From: Octopus sinensis
Lineage: Eukaryota
Length of the DNA: 64,000 bases
Direction: 5' to 3'
Assembly: GCF_006345805.1 (NCBI RefSeq)
Contig: NC_043003.1
Coordinates: 51,460,001-51,524,000 of the forward strand
Part shown: one piece after another, positions 1 through 12,560 of the stretch
Layout of the letters: each line of letters starts with the position of its first letter
Position numbering within the stretch: position 1 is the stretch's first letter
Translations under genes and position numbers: made by a program
Notes under the pieces: generated by a model
What the model was told of the DNA's origin: nothing
The model's input: only the letters and a program-made list of their open reading frames with translations
Databases searched by the model: none

Positions 1-2
1 AT

Positions 3-76
3 GATAAGAAGTTCCAAGCAAGCAACAGAATAGGACTTCCTGTTTTGTTGTCACTGAATTTAAAAGAGTATGAAAG
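3..76 (+). CDS. Gene A (MTase-like/kinase-like protein), exon truncated by window start: DKKFQASNRIGLPVLLSLNLKEYE
   Basis: Open frame from nt 3; donor AG|GTAAGG at 77; phase 2 joins exon 848 (AG+G=Arg). The peptide resembles the downstream ITLITLLRSGL segment. Confidence 0.7.
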
Positions 77-847
77 GTAAGGAACTCATGTTACAACAGT
101 CTTTCGTGTCACAGAGAGGGATTGAAAAGGCGGCGAGCTGGCAGAAACATTAGCAGAAATGCTTCGCGGTATTTCGTCTGTTTTTACATTCTGAGTTCAA
201 ATTCCACCGAGGTTGACTTTGCCTTTCATCCTTTCAGGGTCAATTAAATAAGTACCAGTTATGCACTGGAGTCGATGTAATCGACTTAATCCATTTGTCT
301 CTCCTTGTTTGTCCCCTCTGTGTGTAGCCCCTTGTGGGCAGTAAAGAAATAAGAGAGGGATTGAACTTGGAGAGCATATGACACTGTCCTCAATACATTG
401 AAATATTGTAATTGTGTGTAATAGGATATTAGAAGAATATATACTTCTCAATAGCACCTTCTCAATAGGGTCCTTTTAGAAGCAGCTATCATTAAACTTT
501 CCAAATGGATTCCCGAGCATGACCAACTAAAACCATGGATATTATCCAATCAACTTGGTCTTGGGCTTACCTAGGTCACCTGCCAGTTGGCTTGGCCTGA
601 AGTATCCATTTTGCAATTCTTTCCTGTGATTTTCTAATCATATTTCAGTAGTACCAGAGCTGTGACCTCTCACATTATACTTTGAGATATTTAATTTCTA
701 ATTTGGATCCAGATGCTAAATGATGATGATGATGATGATGATGAATCTCAAAATTTCACAGTCCAAATACATAGTCCTAATGGGGGAATTTCTAGAGAGA
801 ATTTTCTTTACCACATTTAACTATGTTGCTTTTATTTTATTTGACAG

Positions 848-1004
848 GAAACGGCTGTTGAAAAACTATTTGTCCCTCTCTGTTCAACCTGATATGTGCC
901 CTTCATATATAGAGTGGGACTACAAAGGGTTAACTTATTGCTCCTGGAATAAAGAAAACATTAATTATAACAAGCTTTTCTACAATGAACTTTCAGATAT
1001 AAAG
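848..1004 (+). CDS. Gene A exon: KRLLKNYLSLSVQPDMCPSYIEWDYKGLTYCSWNKENINYNKLFYNELSDIK
   Basis: Acceptor ttttatttgacag|, donor AAG|GTAACT; phase 2 to 0; degenerate paralog of the YKNFLQLPLYEDMAPWNI motif. Confidence 0.75.
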
Positions 1005-1565
1005 GTAACTTTTACCTCAACAAAATCATTTTTCTATCCACTGTTCCAAGTTAACATACATGTATACATACATACAAAATATTTCAGTGATTCTTCATTT
1101 GAGATAGCTGGGTGAACATATACAAATAGTTACATATGCACATGTAATACACATGCATGCACACCTTGTTTAAACAATAACAAAGCAAACTCTCTAATCG
1201 AGTACAAGTTTAGTCACACAAACAGACACACACATACTTATATATATGTATAAATCAATTTATAATACTACAAAGTCTAAGAATTATCTTGACTTAAACA
1301 AAAGAATCTTGCCACATTGTTACTGACAAGATTGAGTTCTTCTAAGGGAAAACTTCAGTGAATCCCAAAGTAATTTACAGACAACGTTCCTTCTAATTGT
1401 TTTACTGTGGGTGCAGGCAATGAGCACAAAAGGAAATGGCATGCATTTGCTTAGGTCGTCCGTATGATATTTGAGAGATGGTTATTTGCATGGATGAAAA
1501 CATACTTGCAAAGAAAGTTAAAACTTGTGTAAAGCGAAATTTTGCCTGCACACATGTATACATTT

Positions 1566-1607
<42 letters not shown>

Positions 1608-2039
1608 GCAGTAGTGGCAGTGTGGTAAGTAGCTTGCTTACCAACCACATGGCTCCAAATTCAGTCCCATTACATGGCACCTTGGGTAAGTGTCTTCTAC
1701 TATAGCCTTAGGCCAACCAAAGCCTCATGAGTAGATTTAGTAGATGGAAACTGAAAGAAGCCCATCATATGTGTGTGTGTGTGTTCGCATGTGTTTGTGT
1801 GTGTGTTTGCATGTGTGTTTGTTTGCATGTGTGTGTGTTTGCGTGTGTGTGTGTGTGTTCGCATGTGTGTGTGTTTGCATGTGTGTGTGTGTGTGTCTCT
1901 CTTTCTCCGTCTCTCTACCCCTCATTCTCCAATTCCCTCCTTCCCATTTGATTTCTTGGCAGCTAATCTTATTTAAAACATAACTTTCTAAAATGTTTTT
2001 ATCCTCTCTTTTCTTTAATCCACACTAAACCCACCGAAG

Positions 2040-2112
2040 TCCACAGCAGAAGTACTTGCAAAAGAAACCAAACTTTCAACAGACTTCTCTTTCATGGAAT
2101 ACAACTCAAAAG
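2040..2112 (+). CDS. Gene A exon: STAEVLAKETKLSTDFSFMEYNSK(G), MTase motif-I-like
   Basis: Donor AAAG|GTAGGT, phase 1, fits exon 5696. The acceptor ccgaag| is weak; alternatives exist at 2047 and 2050. Confidence 0.55.
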
Positions 2113-2293
2113 GTAGGTCACTAGCTGATGCATTAGTCCTTCTTGGATACAGCATCTCTGCATGTGATTTTGTTGGGTTTTTTAAAAATATTTTGTTTGC
2201 ATCTTCATCAATAATCTCCTTTTCCTCCGCTTCCTCTTTCTCCTTTTTCTCCTTTGCTGCTTCCTCCTCCCCTGATGCTTCACCATCATCATT

Positions 2294-2328
<35 letters not shown>

Positions 2329-2355
2329 TGCCATCATTATTATAGCTTTCTCAAA

Positions 2356-2554
2356 GGCGGTGACCTGGCAGAATTGTTAGCACACCAGGCAAAATGCTTA
2401 GTGGTATTTCATTCTGAGTTCAAATTCTGCCGGGGTCGACTTTGCCTTTCATCCTTTCAGTGTTGATTAAATAAGTACCTGTTAGGCACTGGGGTCGATG
2501 AAATCGACAAGCCCCCTCCCCCAAATTTCAGGCCTTGCACCTAGAGTAGAAAGG
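2356..2554 (+). mobile_element. tRNA-derived SINE (family 1) with 20-bp TSD
   Basis: TSD attattatagctttctcaaa at 2336-2355 and 2555-2574. Other copies lie near 129, 7262, 13430, 15200, 23090, 23938, 42080, 42350, 47810, 51262, 52110(-), 56640(-) and 60414. The core gcctttcatcctttcggggtcga resembles the Meta/Sauria-type SINE domain (recalled). Confidence 0.9.
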
Positions 2555-3198
2555 ATTATTATAGCTTTCTCAAAACAAGACTCAGCATATTTTGAAAAGA
2601 CCTTATTATTTGGCCAAGAAGCCTTGTTCACATGAGAAGAACTTTTCAAAACGTGTAAAAAAAAACTTTATATTGAGTTTAGATGCTGCCAAAATGAAGT
2701 CTGACTTCTATATACTAACAGCAACCACATAGACCAAAACTGATCTTATACCGGTCAAAGAAAATCATTACTGACATGAAAAATATCTGTAGAGCCTTTA
2801 GATATTATTTCAGACAATATCCAGTACCCTCATGGTGGCCCTAAAAAATTTGGATTCATAATGATTCCTAGTTCTCAAGTCAGTCGATCCCCACCATCTG
2901 CAGCAGATCTGTTTCTCTTGTGAAGCCAATGAAGGTAAAACAAAAGGAAAATTGTCTTTCACATCATCATTTTAACATCCATTTTTACATGGATCAGATA
3001 CAATTTTTGTTGTGAATTTTCAATGACTGGATGTCTTCCTGGATGCCAACCTTCACCTGTTTCCAAGTAAAGTAATATTTTATATTTTCCCATGACCAGA
3101 CATATTTTCATGGAAGAAGAATGAAACACCACTTGTATCATGGTTACATTTGTTTACAACTAATCATTTAATGTCAACACAACACACACATGCATGCA

Positions 3199-3254
<56 letters not shown>

Positions 3255-3332
3255 TTTATAGGTTAGAGGCAGGTATTCTCTGTATAGAGTACACTTCATA
3301 GTGCTCAAGGGATTTGAACTTGAACAGGTAGA

Positions 3333-3723
3333 GGAGCAAATGTAAGGACAAGTGAGTTAGGCAAGTCGATATACAAAAAATATTAAATGCATTTAATACA
3401 AAAAAATGTACATATGTATGCATATAAAAAAAGTCTGATGTAAAGAATATAAATAATATCAGGAATTAAAGGGGTTGAGTAAGAGTTTTATGAGTCCATC
3501 AACTGTTTCTGAGGGCTTGGTGGTCCAAAATAATGATTGTAACTTGATTCCATAATTGGATACTACCAGCAACCGTCTTCAGGGAAGAAATTTACATTTG
3601 AAATGTTGTCATTTATATTCTGTCTTTTTTATATGTATATGTATTTACATTTTTTGTATTAAATGTATTTAATATTTTTTTGTATACCAACTTGCCGAAC
3701 TTGGTTGTCCTTACATTTGCTCC
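3333..3723. repeat. Inverted repeat (~125-bp arms), probably a Penelope-like remnant
   Basis: ggagcaaatgtaaggacaa...aatataaat at the left and its reverse complement at 3611-3723; ctgaagacgg core on the - strand in the spacer. Confidence 0.65.
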
Positions 3724-4423
3724 ATAATACGTATAATATATATATATATATATATGATAGGCATCTTTCAGTTTCTGTCAATCAGATTCACTCACAAGGC
3801 TTTGGTGGACTCTGAGCTATTGCAGTAGATGCTTGCCCAAAGTGCCATGGTGTGAGCAGTGGTATAGCTAATAGGAGAGTAAGGGGAGTGACCACTCCCC
3901 TCAAGCACACTTTTCAAAGTTGGCCCCTTTGCAACATTTTTAACACTTTAGTTATCTGTACCAGTAATTGTAAGTTTCATACACAATGACATACAATTAT
4001 GTACCTAATAACTTGTGATATATTTCATGTAATATAAAAGAAATGAGCTAAATATTGTTTTGTATGAGTCACAGTGTCTTTTTTTATGTGCTTGCTGCCC
4101 TAGACGTTAGAACATGGCTACGCCTCTGGATGTGGGATTGAATCCAGAACCATGCTGTAAGGAAGTAAATGTCTTACTATACAACCATGCCTGCACCTTG
4201 AAAAGAAAATCCTTAGCATAATGATGATACTGTAGTTTAGATGATTCGCTTTTCAGTAGAGTTCAGTACTTGTTCTAAGCTCAAATTTCACTTTGTTTGA
4301 ATTAGACATTCATGCTTCTGGGATCTCCTGCAATATACTGAAAAAGAAAACATCAATTAAAGATTTCTGGTACAAAATTGGATGGGTGTCTGGTTGTTTA
4401 GCATCCTTATTTGTTTGTCACTG

Positions 4424-4820
4424 AGGCAGCGAGCTGGCAGAAATGCTAGCATGCCGGGTGAATTGCTTAGCGGTATTTCATCTGCCGTTATGTTCTGAGT
4501 TCAAATTCTGCCAAGGTCGACTTTGCCTTTCATCCTTTCGGGGTTGATAAATTATGTACCAGTTACGCACTGGGGTTGATGTAATCAACTTAATCCGTTT
4601 GTCTGTGTTTGTTTGTCCTCTCTGTGTTTAGCCCCTTGTGGTTAGTAAAGAAATAGGTATTTCGTCTGCCGCTACGTTCTGAGTTCAAATTCCACCGAGG
4701 TCAACTTTGCCTTTCATCCTTTCGGGGTCAATTAAATAAGTACCAGTTATGCACTGGGGTCGATATAATCGGCTGGCCCCCTCCCCAAAAATTTCAGGCC
4801 TTGTGCCTAGAGTAGAAAAT
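4424..4820 (+). mobile_element. Dimeric family-1 SINE with a single 21-bp TSD
   Basis: TSD atccttatttgtttgtcactg at 4403-4423 and 4821-4841 encloses two SINE units. Confidence 0.85.
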
Positions 4821-5695
4821 ATCCTTATTTGTTTGTCACTGGGTGAAATTAGATAATTCATCATCAGGTTTCAATTCCCATCTGAAACCATTTCCCTCCA
4901 TTGCCATGGTTTTGTTGTCATCCACTCATTGCAAATAACATTCTAGAAAGTTTTTCATCTTGAACAGTGCTCTGCAACCAGTATGCTGCAGTGCACTGAT
5001 GTGCCACAGGACAATGTTAGGTGTGCCACAGTGTAACCTGAATATAATTTTTTTCTGCTAAGAGTACTATACGAGTGAGATCGTTGCCAGTGCAACAAGC
5101 TGGCCTCCGTGCCGATGGCATGTTAAAAATAACATTCGAGTGTGATCGTTACCTGCATCGCCTTACTAGCACTTGTGCTGGTGACACATAAAAAAAGATT
5201 CAAGCGAGGTCATTGCCAGTGCCACTGGACTGACTCCTGTGCAGGTGGCACATAAAAAGCACCATTTAAGCATGGCCATTGCCAGTACTGCCTGACTGGC
5301 CCTCTTGCTGGTGGCACGTAAAAGCATGCACTACACTCTCAGAGTGGTTGGCGTTAGGAAGGGTATCCAGCTGTAGAAACCTTGCCAGATCAGACTGGAG
5401 CCTGGTGCAGCCATCTGGTTCGCCAGACTTCAGCCAAATCGTCCAACCCATGCTAGCATGGAAAGCGGACGTTAAAGGATGATGGTGATGATGATGATGA
5501 TTTTAGTTATATTTTTAGTCCAGATCATGGATCACTGATCTAGATAATGAAAATATATTTCTTAAAGCTAACATAGTCGTTAAATAATATAAGATGAAAC
5601 TTATAAAAGCTACAGTCCCATTTCTTGTATCTCTTTATAAATTACAAACTGTGTGCAACTTACACCAAAGGAATCAATATTTCTTCCCTCACCAG

Positions 5696-5899
5696 GCAAA
5701 ATTATTACAGAATTGGCAACTGTCTATAAAAACAGTACATTTATTGCAATGGTGCAAGACAATCTTACAGCAAATAACATTTACAAAATCTCTGAGAGTA
5801 AATTCCTTGACAATCTGGCAATCACAGTTAATCGATTTGATAATATTTATATTCGAAAACTTCTGAAAAGTCCAGAGTTCCTTCGATTCCAGTATATTG
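5696..5899 (+). CDS. Gene A exon: GKIITELATVYKNSTFIAMVQD...KLLKSPEFLRFQYI
   Basis: Acceptor tttcttccctcaccag|, donor ATTG|GTAAGT; 204 nt, phase 1 to 1, open frame. Confidence 0.85.
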
Positions 5900-6604
5900 G
5901 TAAGTGTACATTTTCCCTTTCGCTTTCTTTCGGAAAGGTCATGCTCTGTGAGGAAGATTGTAACATTTTATTCTGAGCCCTTCATTAAAGAAATAATTAA
6001 GAGGAATGTATTGGTTATGTATTATTAATTAGTGTTTTTGTTTTTGTTTTGCTTTTTTAATATCGACTGGACTCTTTAGTCTGGTAGCAGGGATTAGCTT
6101 AGTCATGGTCGACTTTCCCTATCATCCTTTCGGGGTCGATAAATTAAGTACCAGTTACGCACTGGGTTCGATGTAATGGACTTAATCCCTTTGTCTGTCC
6201 TTGTTTGTCCCCTCTGTGTTTAGCCCCTTGTGGGTAGTAAAGAAATAAATTATTGATGTGCAAGCAGTCTTACCTTTCCATACTAAGCTTTCCTATGGAG
6301 TATATCCATAGTTTTTTAGCCACCACTACAATAGTAATTAAAATTTACTAGATATGTAAGACAACCACAAAATGTATGTCATGTTTATATAACCTCATTG
6401 TGGACAGGAAATGTTATGGCAGATAACATTTACAAAATCTGGACGTTGTCAGAGTTTTTTTGGTATTATATTATCGTCATCATCAATCAAGTAATAGGGA
6501 CATAAACACACCAACGCCAGTTGTCAAGCAGTGGTGGGGAACAAACACAAACACACAGATATATTCACACAATCATGCACGCATGCACACACACACACAC
6601 ACAT

Positions 6605-6637
<33 letters not shown>

Positions 6638-6741
6638 CATCACACCTGGACGAGTGTCTTCTACTATAGCCTCAAGCAAACCAAAGGAAGCCTTGTAAGT
6701 GGAATTGGTTGACGGAAACTGAAAGAAGCCTGTCATGTGTG

Positions 6742-6778
<37 letters not shown>

Positions 6779-7591
6779 CGGTGTTTGTGTCTCTGTGTGT
6801 ATGTGTCTGTGTATGTGTGTGTGTGTGTGGTGTGTGTGTGTGTGTGTGTTTGTGTGTGTGTGTGCATTGTGTGTTTGAATCTTAGTGTCTGTGTTTGTCC
6901 ACCACCATCACTTGATAACCAATGCTGGTGTGTTTATGTCCCCATAACTTAGTGGTTTGACAAAAGAGACTGATAGAATAAGTACAAAGTTTGCAAAAAA
7001 TAAATCCTGGAGTCAATTTCTTCAATTAAAACCCTTTAAGGCAGTGCTCCAGCATGACCACAGTCAAATGAATGAAATAAGTAAAAGAATAAACGAATAA
7101 CTCTGATATGAAGGATTTTGCATTTTTTGTGAGTACGAGTGCATGTGTGAGTGTGAGTGCATGTATGAGTGTGAGTGTATGTGTATTAGTTTGAGTATGT
7201 ATTTGTGTGTGATTTCTGTAGAACATAAGCACTAGTAATGCTTCAAGATCTGTACAACCAGGTGGCAAGCTGGCAGAAATGTTAGCATGCCGGGCGAAAT
7301 ACTTAGCGGTATTTTATCTGTCTTTACATTCTAAGTTCAAATTCCACTGAGGTCAACTTTGACTTTCATCCTTTCAGGGTCGATAAATTAAGTACCAGTT
7401 GCATACTGGGTCGATCTAATCAACTGGCCCCCTCCCTCAAAATTTCAGGCCTTGTGCCTAGAATAGAAAAGAAAAGATCTGTACAACCAAACTATACTCT
7501 GTTCCTTAAAAAACTTACAATCTTGCACATTAGTTAGAAATTCTTATTTGATAACTATTTGTCAGTTTGTTTATTTTCTTTCTGGTTGTAG

Positions 7592-7707
7592 GTTATGAGT
7601 CTTTCTTGAATCTGGTTGACTCTTACTCAAAGCAACAACTGAATTCCATGCTAAACATATTGATATCTCTCAGCATTTCAACATTCATTCTTCAGCCATC
7701 TGCAAAG
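7592..7707 (+). CDS. Gene A exon: GYESFLNLVDSYSKQQLNSMLNILISLSISTFILQPSAK
   Basis: Acceptor ttttctttctggttgtag|, donor AAG|GTAACA; phase 1 to 0. Confidence 0.85.
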
Positions 7708-9273
7708 GTAACATTCTAGCTTCATTCTTGTCAACTGTCCTGTACACATTACCTTTCCAAGTCATACATTTTATGTAGATAGATAGATTTAGATATATGG
7801 AAGGGCATCAAACTGTAGAAACCATAGCAAAGCAGTTATTGGAGCTTGAAACAGTCTCCTAGCACCTGCTAGCACCTGTCAAATCCTCCAATCCACGCCA
7901 GCATGGAAAACAGAACTTAATTTGTGGTGATGATGATATACGTATGTATATGTATTTGCATGTATACAGACATATATGATAGAAAGATTGATAAATAAGT
8001 TTATACAGGTAATTATTGGGGCACTGGGATATGTAACACTGCCTAACTACCAATCTTGAAAAATTAGACTTCTCAAAACCAGAAAGGAGAAAGCTGATTT
8101 GAAGACTACAGATACAAGTCATCACCAGAACTGTAAAAATCTGTAAAACTTTCCAGAAGTTTATCCTTTAAGTATATATGAACATGTCTAAATATGCAAG
8201 TATATGCATGAGATGACATACATAAAAAAAAACATATAAATTTGCACATATACATACATACAAAAATACTCTGTTGGTGTTCTTGAAATTCTTGAACTAG
8301 TCAGTAGTTCATATATTCGAAAAAGAAGCACAGTGAAACAGAGTAGCAGAATATTTAGAAGGTTGTTTGTTATGGCTGGTCACATATATATAGAGTGTAC
8401 AGGTGAATTGTTAGGCTCAAATGGCTGGAGGCACATAACCCTCCAGCTACTTGAGTCTGATGAGTCACCTATACAGCTAAGCACTTTATAGGTGCAAAAC
8501 CAATGGTCACTCACTGACCAGCCATAACAAACAACCTTCTATATATACCATCATCATTATCATCATCATCATTTAGCATCTGCTTTCCATGGTGGCATGG
8601 GTTAGATGGTTTGACTGGAGTTGGTTAGCTAGAGCGTTGCACCAGGTTCCAATCTAATTTGGCATGGTTTCTACGGTTGGATGCCCTTCTTAATGTATAA
8701 TGGGTGCTTTTTACATGCTACCAATGCAGGTGCCAGTTATGTGACACTGGCATTGGTCACGACTATGATTTCACTTGGCTTGACAAGTCTTCTCAAGCAT
8801 GGCATATCACCAAAGGTCTTGGTCACTTATCATTGCCTCCATGAGGCCCAACATTTGAAGGGTGCTTTTTACATGCCACCAGCATGTGTGCCTGTTACAT
8901 GACTCTGGCATCATCCACAACTATGGCTTCGCTTGGTTTGATAGGACTTCTCATGTACAGCATATCACCAAAGGTCTCTGTCACCTGTCATTGCCTCCGT
9001 GAGGCCCAACGTTTGAAGATCATGCTTCACCACCTCATCCCATGTCTTCTTGACTCTATCTCTTCTCCAGGTTCCCTCCACAGTTAGATATTGGCACTTC
9101 TTTATACACCCGTCCTCATCTATACACATCACTTTCCCATACCAGCATAGTTGTCTCTCTTGCACACCACATCTGATGTTTTTTATGCCCAACTTTTCTC
9201 TCAAGATGCTTTGTCATACATAAACACTGACACTGCACATCCAGCAAAGCATACTAGCTATCTGTCTGTCTAT

Positions 9274-9372
<99 letters not shown>

Positions 9373-9483
9373 TAGTTAAGTGTCCTCAAATACTTCTTGA
9401 ACCCTGCATAAGTCATTCATACACACAAATAGAACTCTGCTAGACATTCTAATTCTGAACCTATGAATATTTTAAATTTTTAG

Positions 9484-9564
9484 ATCCTTTCCTTGGCAAT
9501 GGTGACATTTTATCCAGAATCCCAGTGGAATCCATATCAAACAAAACATCCAGATGAAAGTCAG
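9484..9564 (+). CDS. Gene A exon: ILSLAMVTFYPESQWNPYQTKHPDESQ
   Basis: Acceptor aaatttttag|, donor CAG|GTATTT; 81 nt, phase 0 to 0. Confidence 0.8.
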
Positions 9565-10365
9565 GTATTTTTTTTGTTTATTTTTCAATGTTATATAGAG
9601 AAATAATGTTATATAGAGATTTTCAATGTTATATAGAGATTTCACAGTTGTTTCAACCCATCAGAATTCAGATTACTCAAAAACTATTTTTGGCTGGTCA
9701 ACTAAGGATTGGCCATGTGATTAGTTGAAAGAAATTAAAACCTTCTGTATCAAACCATCTCATTTAACTTCTTCAGCTGCTTAACTGATTTTACAATAAA
9801 AGCCAAATTAGTATAAGTGTTTAATGCAGGGAGCCTTATAAAGCTAGTTAGAAATAATTATGCAATACAGACAAAAAAATGTTATAAATTATAGTTACTA
9901 TTATTTTCTTTGGGTAGGGTTTGTCAGAACCATTAGAGTCAGACAAGCTACCTTGATATATACTTCCTGCCCTTTGTTCTGAGATTAAATGTGCTTTCAT
10001 CCTTCCAAGAGGGGATCAGTGAAATACAGTACCTGTCAGGAACAAGAGTTGATTTATTCCCTCGCCAAAAATATGTGGCTTGGAGCTAATGTTAAAATAT
10101 AAATATTTTCTTTTTCTATGAAGTATGGGAGACAACTCAAGGCATATTTCAGTATTATTTTGACCTTATTTGCCAAGCATAGTCTCCATGGTGAAAGAAT
10201 AGAGTTTTTACATTTGAGTCACTATGCTCATTTTTTTTAAAATCTCAACATATGTGTGGTTTTGCATGTTTATAATGAAAAAATCATTCATGTTTTGGAG
10301 AAATTAATAATAAAGAAGTTATGAATCTTTTACAGTTAAAATTTTTGGTAATTTTACCCATTCAG

Positions 10366-10394
10366 ATGCCTCAACTATCAACATACCAGAAATT
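10366..10394 (+). CDS. Gene A candidate 29-nt microexon: MPQLSTYQK(L)
   Basis: Acceptor attttacccattcag|, donor TT|GTAATT; supplies the phase 0 to 2 bridge needed for exon 12503. Confidence 0.5.
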
Positions 10395-11121
10395 GTAATT
10401 ACTTGTGTATTGATAATCTCATGGGGAACTCCAACTTTTTTTTATACTGTTGAAAACATTAGGATTAAGGGTTTAAGGTTAGTGCTTAAGGTTCTCTAGA
10501 AGTTTTATAATACTTTGCTTTCTTTTCATTAAATATTTTCATCTTTGATAGTTTCATAATATTCCAAATTTCTTCTTTTTTTCTTAACATGACAATTGCT
10601 TTTTCCAGTATGACAATAACGGAGACTAAAAATTTCTCCCTGGATAAAGACCACAGTTTATATAGCTTGTTGCAATCCATTTGATGTTCATATTGCTATT
10701 TTAACCTTATACTGCTTCTATTGCATATTACAGATTTGTATTCAGTCAGCCAGCTAATTGCAACATCAGTGATTTTTCAATCAGTTTTCCTATATCAATG
10801 GTGATAAAAAAATTTTATCTTAGCATGCAACTGCCAATATGTACATGCTACTGATAAAGCCCAAATAAGACAGGAACATGTGTTTAGCATTCTCATCTCT
10901 GCTGCTGGATGGTTTTCTTCTGCAACTGATAAATTTGTATTATTTATACAATACAAAGGATATTCATTAAAGATTTCCCCTGACCTTCTTCAAGTTATTT
11001 CAGAAAACAGAACATGTACAAGTATAATTATACATGTTTCTACATGTTACATTGTAAATTGTAGCTTTCCACTGGTATTCATTTGTCTTTTATGGATGCT
11101 GAAATGGACTAAGGTGTTATA

Positions 11122-12148
11122 ATGGAGGCAGTTGAATGCAGATCAGTGATCAGGTTCTTATACTTGAAAGGTTGTATAGCAAAAGAGACTTTCAATGAGA
11201 TGAAAGAAGTTTATGGTGATGATACACCATCATATAACATAGTCAAGCACTGGCATTGCCAGTTCAAATGTGGTTGGACATCAGTGGAAACTGCTCTTAT
11301 TCCTGGACAATCACATTCCATCATTGATGACAACACTATCTATAAAGTGGAAGCCACCATTTTGGAGGATTGCCACATAACTATTCGGCAACTAGCCAAA
11401 GAAGTGGAGATAAGTGTAGGGTCCATGGAAAAAAACCATTCATGACCATGTGCACTTGCAGAGGTTGTCTGCATGATGGACTCCCCAAATGCTCACACCT
11501 TTTCAGAAGCAGGAACGTGTCAATTGCTTCCAGGCTCTTTTGGCAATGTGCCAAGAAAACAAGGACTTTTTTGGCAGACTTATCACATAGGATGAAACAT
11601 GGGTCCATCACTATGATCCTGAGACTAAAGTCCAGTCAAAGCAATGGAAGCATGATAATTCATCACCTCCAAAGAAGGTTCATGTCCAACCCTCAGCAGG
11701 CAAGGTGATGCTCACAGTCTTTTGGAACCAGTGTGGAGTGGTGATGATGAATTTTCTGGCAAAGGGTACCACAATTAATGGGCATATTATGTTTCTCTGC
11801 TGTAGAAATTGTGGGACACCACCAAAGCAGAGAGGCATGACATACTGACCAAAGGAGTGTGCCACCTCCAAGACAACGCCCCAGTTCACAATGCGCATGT
11901 TGCCCAGATGAAAGCACACTCCTGCAACTATGAAATCCTTCCTCAACCACCTTACTCTCCTGACCTCACACCATCTGACTCCCACCTCTTTCCAACCATC
12001 AAGTCTTTTTTGAAAGGGGAGCACTTTTCAGATGATAATGAACTTATTTCCAAGGTAAAGTCTTGGCTCCAGATGGAACCTACTGAGTTTCCTTTATCCC
12101 AGTCCTTGGGAAGTGGGTCAGGAGAAATCTTTAATGAACATCCCTCAT
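11122..12148 (+). mobile_element. Degenerate mariner (Tc1/mariner) transposase with frameshifts
   Basis: HTH region (RSVIRFL...EMKEVYGDD), DETWVHHYDPETK, QDNAPVH and PYSPDLTPSD motifs spread over several frames. Confidence 0.9.
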
Positions 12149-12502
12149 AGGTCCATAAGATATATATTTTATGAATGACTACTGTGTCTGATTTGGCTTT
12201 TTATGATGTATTTATATTAATTATAATACACAGATAGCTACTCATAACTTTCTTATTACTTATTTCTCAAAACAAAATGGTATTTTAAATAATTAGCATT
12301 CAAAACTACATCCGTGGAAAAAATATTTTTTTTATTGATGAAGCATAATAATTCAAATGGAAAAGATCTGAAAGAATTGCTATGTAAATCAGAATACTGT
12401 ACATTTGTTAGTATAGTTATACCAGGTGTATTTTTTTAACTAAGTCATTCCAACATGTAATTCTGCTGATATTCTCATTGGTTTTCTGAAGATTTCTTTC
12501 AG

Positions 12503-12560
12503 ATCAGACAATCACCCATTAAACATCTTCAAGATAACTGACCAAAAATTACTCTTCAAA
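12503..12560 (+). CDS. Gene A exon: SDNHPLNIFKITDQKLLFK
   Basis: Acceptor gatttctttcag|, donor AAA|GTAAGT; only the phase 2 to 0 frame is open. Confidence 0.75.

Noticed and set aside
1727-1983. Cys/Val-rich ORFs (CVCVCV) here and at 6737, 14517, 17954 and 32206
   Set aside because: Translations of (GT)n/(AC)n microsatellites.
2015-2340. ~108-codon open frame on the - strand (DDGEASGEEEAAKEKKEK...SVDFGGFSVD-like)
   Set aside because: Built on (GAT)n and purine-rich low-complexity DNA, has no credible acceptor, is capped by a SINE insertion, and overlaps a better-supported + strand exon.
5664-5862. Possible - strand exon overlapping the gene A exon
   Set aside because: All three frames hit stops before the donor; the + strand frame is open and phase-consistent.
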